64,000 nt of DNA from Mobula hypostoma (Eukaryota). Each line of letters begins with the position of its first letter. The stretch's first letter is position 1. The DNA lies in assembly GCF_963921235.1 (NCBI RefSeq), contig NC_086097.1, positions 122,700,001 to 122,764,000 on the forward strand, given 5' to 3'. Below, piece after piece: positions 61,951-64,000 of this stretch. The translations under genes were made by a program, and so were the position numbers. The notes under the pieces are model-generated. The model searched no databases. It had not been told where the DNA came from and saw nothing but the letters and a program-made list of their open reading frames with translations.

Positions 61951-63032
61951 AAATAAATACATTCTTATTTTTCCTGTGCTTCTTATTAAGTTTCGTTGAT
62001 TCTTGAGCAAGGTAAATAGGTTCTAACTTCCCGATTTTTCTACCAAATTGGATGACCCCATGTTTCTTCACATTGCCTTCCATTTGATGCTGTAGCCTCT
62101 CTACATCCTCCTTCCTACAGCCCACACTGTCGCCTAGCTCTGTATCATCACCAAAATCAATATTACACTTCATCATTTTATCCAAATAGTTAATATAATA
62201 TAGCTTAACATCAGTCCTAGCAACAACCTTATGATTATTGCAGCTGACTTATTGTAAAGAATCCATTTATTCCTATTCTCCTTGTTCTATTCATTAACTA
62301 CACCCCATTCAATAACAATATATTATTCTCAATACTTTGAGCTATGATTTTTTTAATGACCTCCCAGGTGGCAACTTACCACCTTTATCTATTCCGCAAG
62401 TTACACCAGATCTATCAAATGATTACTCCTTCATAACTCCCTGTTGATTCCACCCAATCCTATCATAGTTTAAAAACGCAAACATGAGGAAATCTGCAGA
62501 TGCTGGAATTTCAAGCAACACACATAAAAATTGCTGGTGAATGCAGCAGGCCAGGCAGCATCTCTAGGAAGAGGCCCTATTCTGGTCTCTGCATTACAGA
62601 CAAGATGTCGAGGCTTTGGCAAGGGTGCAGAAGAGATTCACCAAGATACTTCCTGGATTGGAGAGTATTACAATGAGAGATTGGACATGTGAATATAGGA
62701 GGCTGAAGAGTGGTGTCTTTCCTTTTGTTTAGCTTTCTCTTTTTTAAGAATGCCTTGGTCATCTTTTGCAGAACTCTGAAATTTTGCTAATACTCAAATT
62801 CTTTATGCATTTTTGGCAATGGTATATGCCTTTTTTCCCCTGATTGTCTTTATTTTCTCTTTGGAGCCACTTTTCCTGATTTCTTTTGGCTTAAAGGGAT
62901 GAACATACATTAAGAAACCTATATATCAATTCATTAAAAAATTGCCATTGCTCATTTACTGTCACAATCTCAATCTACTTAAACCCAATTTATGCTACAT
63001 GTCCTTGTAGTTTGCCTTATTCAGTTTAAAGA

Positions 63033-64000
63033 CCCATAAGATCATAAGATATAGGAGTAGAACTAGGCTGACCAAGTCTGTTCTGACAGTCATGACTGAC
63101 TTTTCTTTCCATCTCAACCCCGTTCTCTTGCCTTCTCCTCTAACCTTTGATGTCTTTACTAATCAAGAATCTATCTACTTTAAATATACCAAATGACATG
63201 GCTGTCTGTGGCAGTAAATTCCACAATTCACAATTCTCTGGCAAGAGAAATTCCTCCTCATCTCTGTTCTAAAAGGATGTGATTTTATTCAGAGTCTGTG
63301 CCCCCTGATCCTAGACTGTCCCACTACTGGAAACATTCTCTCCGCATCCTCTCCAACTGGATCTTTCAAAATTTAGTATGTTTCAATGAGATCCCCCTCA
63401 TTCTTCTAAACTCCAGTGAGCACAGGCCAGAGCCATCAAACACTCACTATACATTAACTGTTTGATCCCCAGATCATTCTTGTGAACTTCCTCTGGACCC
63501 TCTCTAATGTCAGCATGTCTTTACTTTCATATGGGGCCTAAAACTGCTCATAATACTCAAAATGTGGTCCGACCAATGCCTTATAAAGCCTAAGTATTAC
63601 ATCCTTGCTTTTGTATTTTAGTCAACCCAAAAAGAATGCTAACATTGCATTTGCCTTCCTCATTACCAACACAATCTGCAAGTTAACCTTTAGGGAATCC
63701 TACACTAGGACTCCTAAGTTTCTTTGTGCCTTTCAGTTTAGATTTCTCTCCCCATTTAGAAAATAGTCTACACTTATTCCTTCTATTAAAGTGCATACAC
63801 CTCCCTACTCAATATTTTATCTGCCGCTTCTTTACCCATTCTCCAAACCTGTGCAAGTGCTTCTGCAGACTCCTTGCTTCCTCCTACCTGCCTCTCTACC
63901 TATCTTTGTATCACCTGCAAACCTGGTCACAAAGACATCAATTCCATCATCCAGATCACTAGCATATAATATGAAAAGTAATGGACCCAATACTACCCAC
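63033..64000 (-). mobile_element. Degenerate CR1 3' region, continuing beyond the window
   Basis: cataagatcataagat tail; tgctaacattgcatttgccttcct (KANAMLAF on minus). Confidence 0.85.

Overview
Vertebrate-type, repeat-saturated DNA with no host protein-coding gene that I can recognise. The repeat mix suggests a cartilaginous fish, probably a ray (inference only): abundant CR1 LINEs with 7-8 nt microsatellite tails, Rex/Babar LINEs, Penelope-derived repeats, V-SINE-like SINEs and Tc1 relics. Nearly all ORFs in the track are transposon fragments or antisense noise. Main points: (1) A full-length CR1 LINE with both ORFs open (40369-45238, minus). Its ORF2 has no AUG before the endonuclease. ORF1 ends in a U_UUA_AAC slippery heptamer whose -1 frame is ORF2, which suggests programmed -1 ribosomal frameshifting. 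(2) The 5' UTR of that element is ~3.9 identical 173-bp promoter-like monomers. (3) A Penelope-derived repeat family carries minimal hammerhead ribozyme motifs, about 10 copies, one with an intact core. (4) An internally deleted endogenous retrovirus keeps a tRNA-Ser-like PBS, both LTR ends and a CX6CC env TM remnant. (5) There are also Chapaev-like, Dong/R4-like, Tx1, Tc1 and hAT relics, two solo LTRs with TSDs, a CR1 insertion with its own tail inverted at the 5' junction, and an inverted duplicated block. Boundaries of old repeats are approximate (tens of bp).
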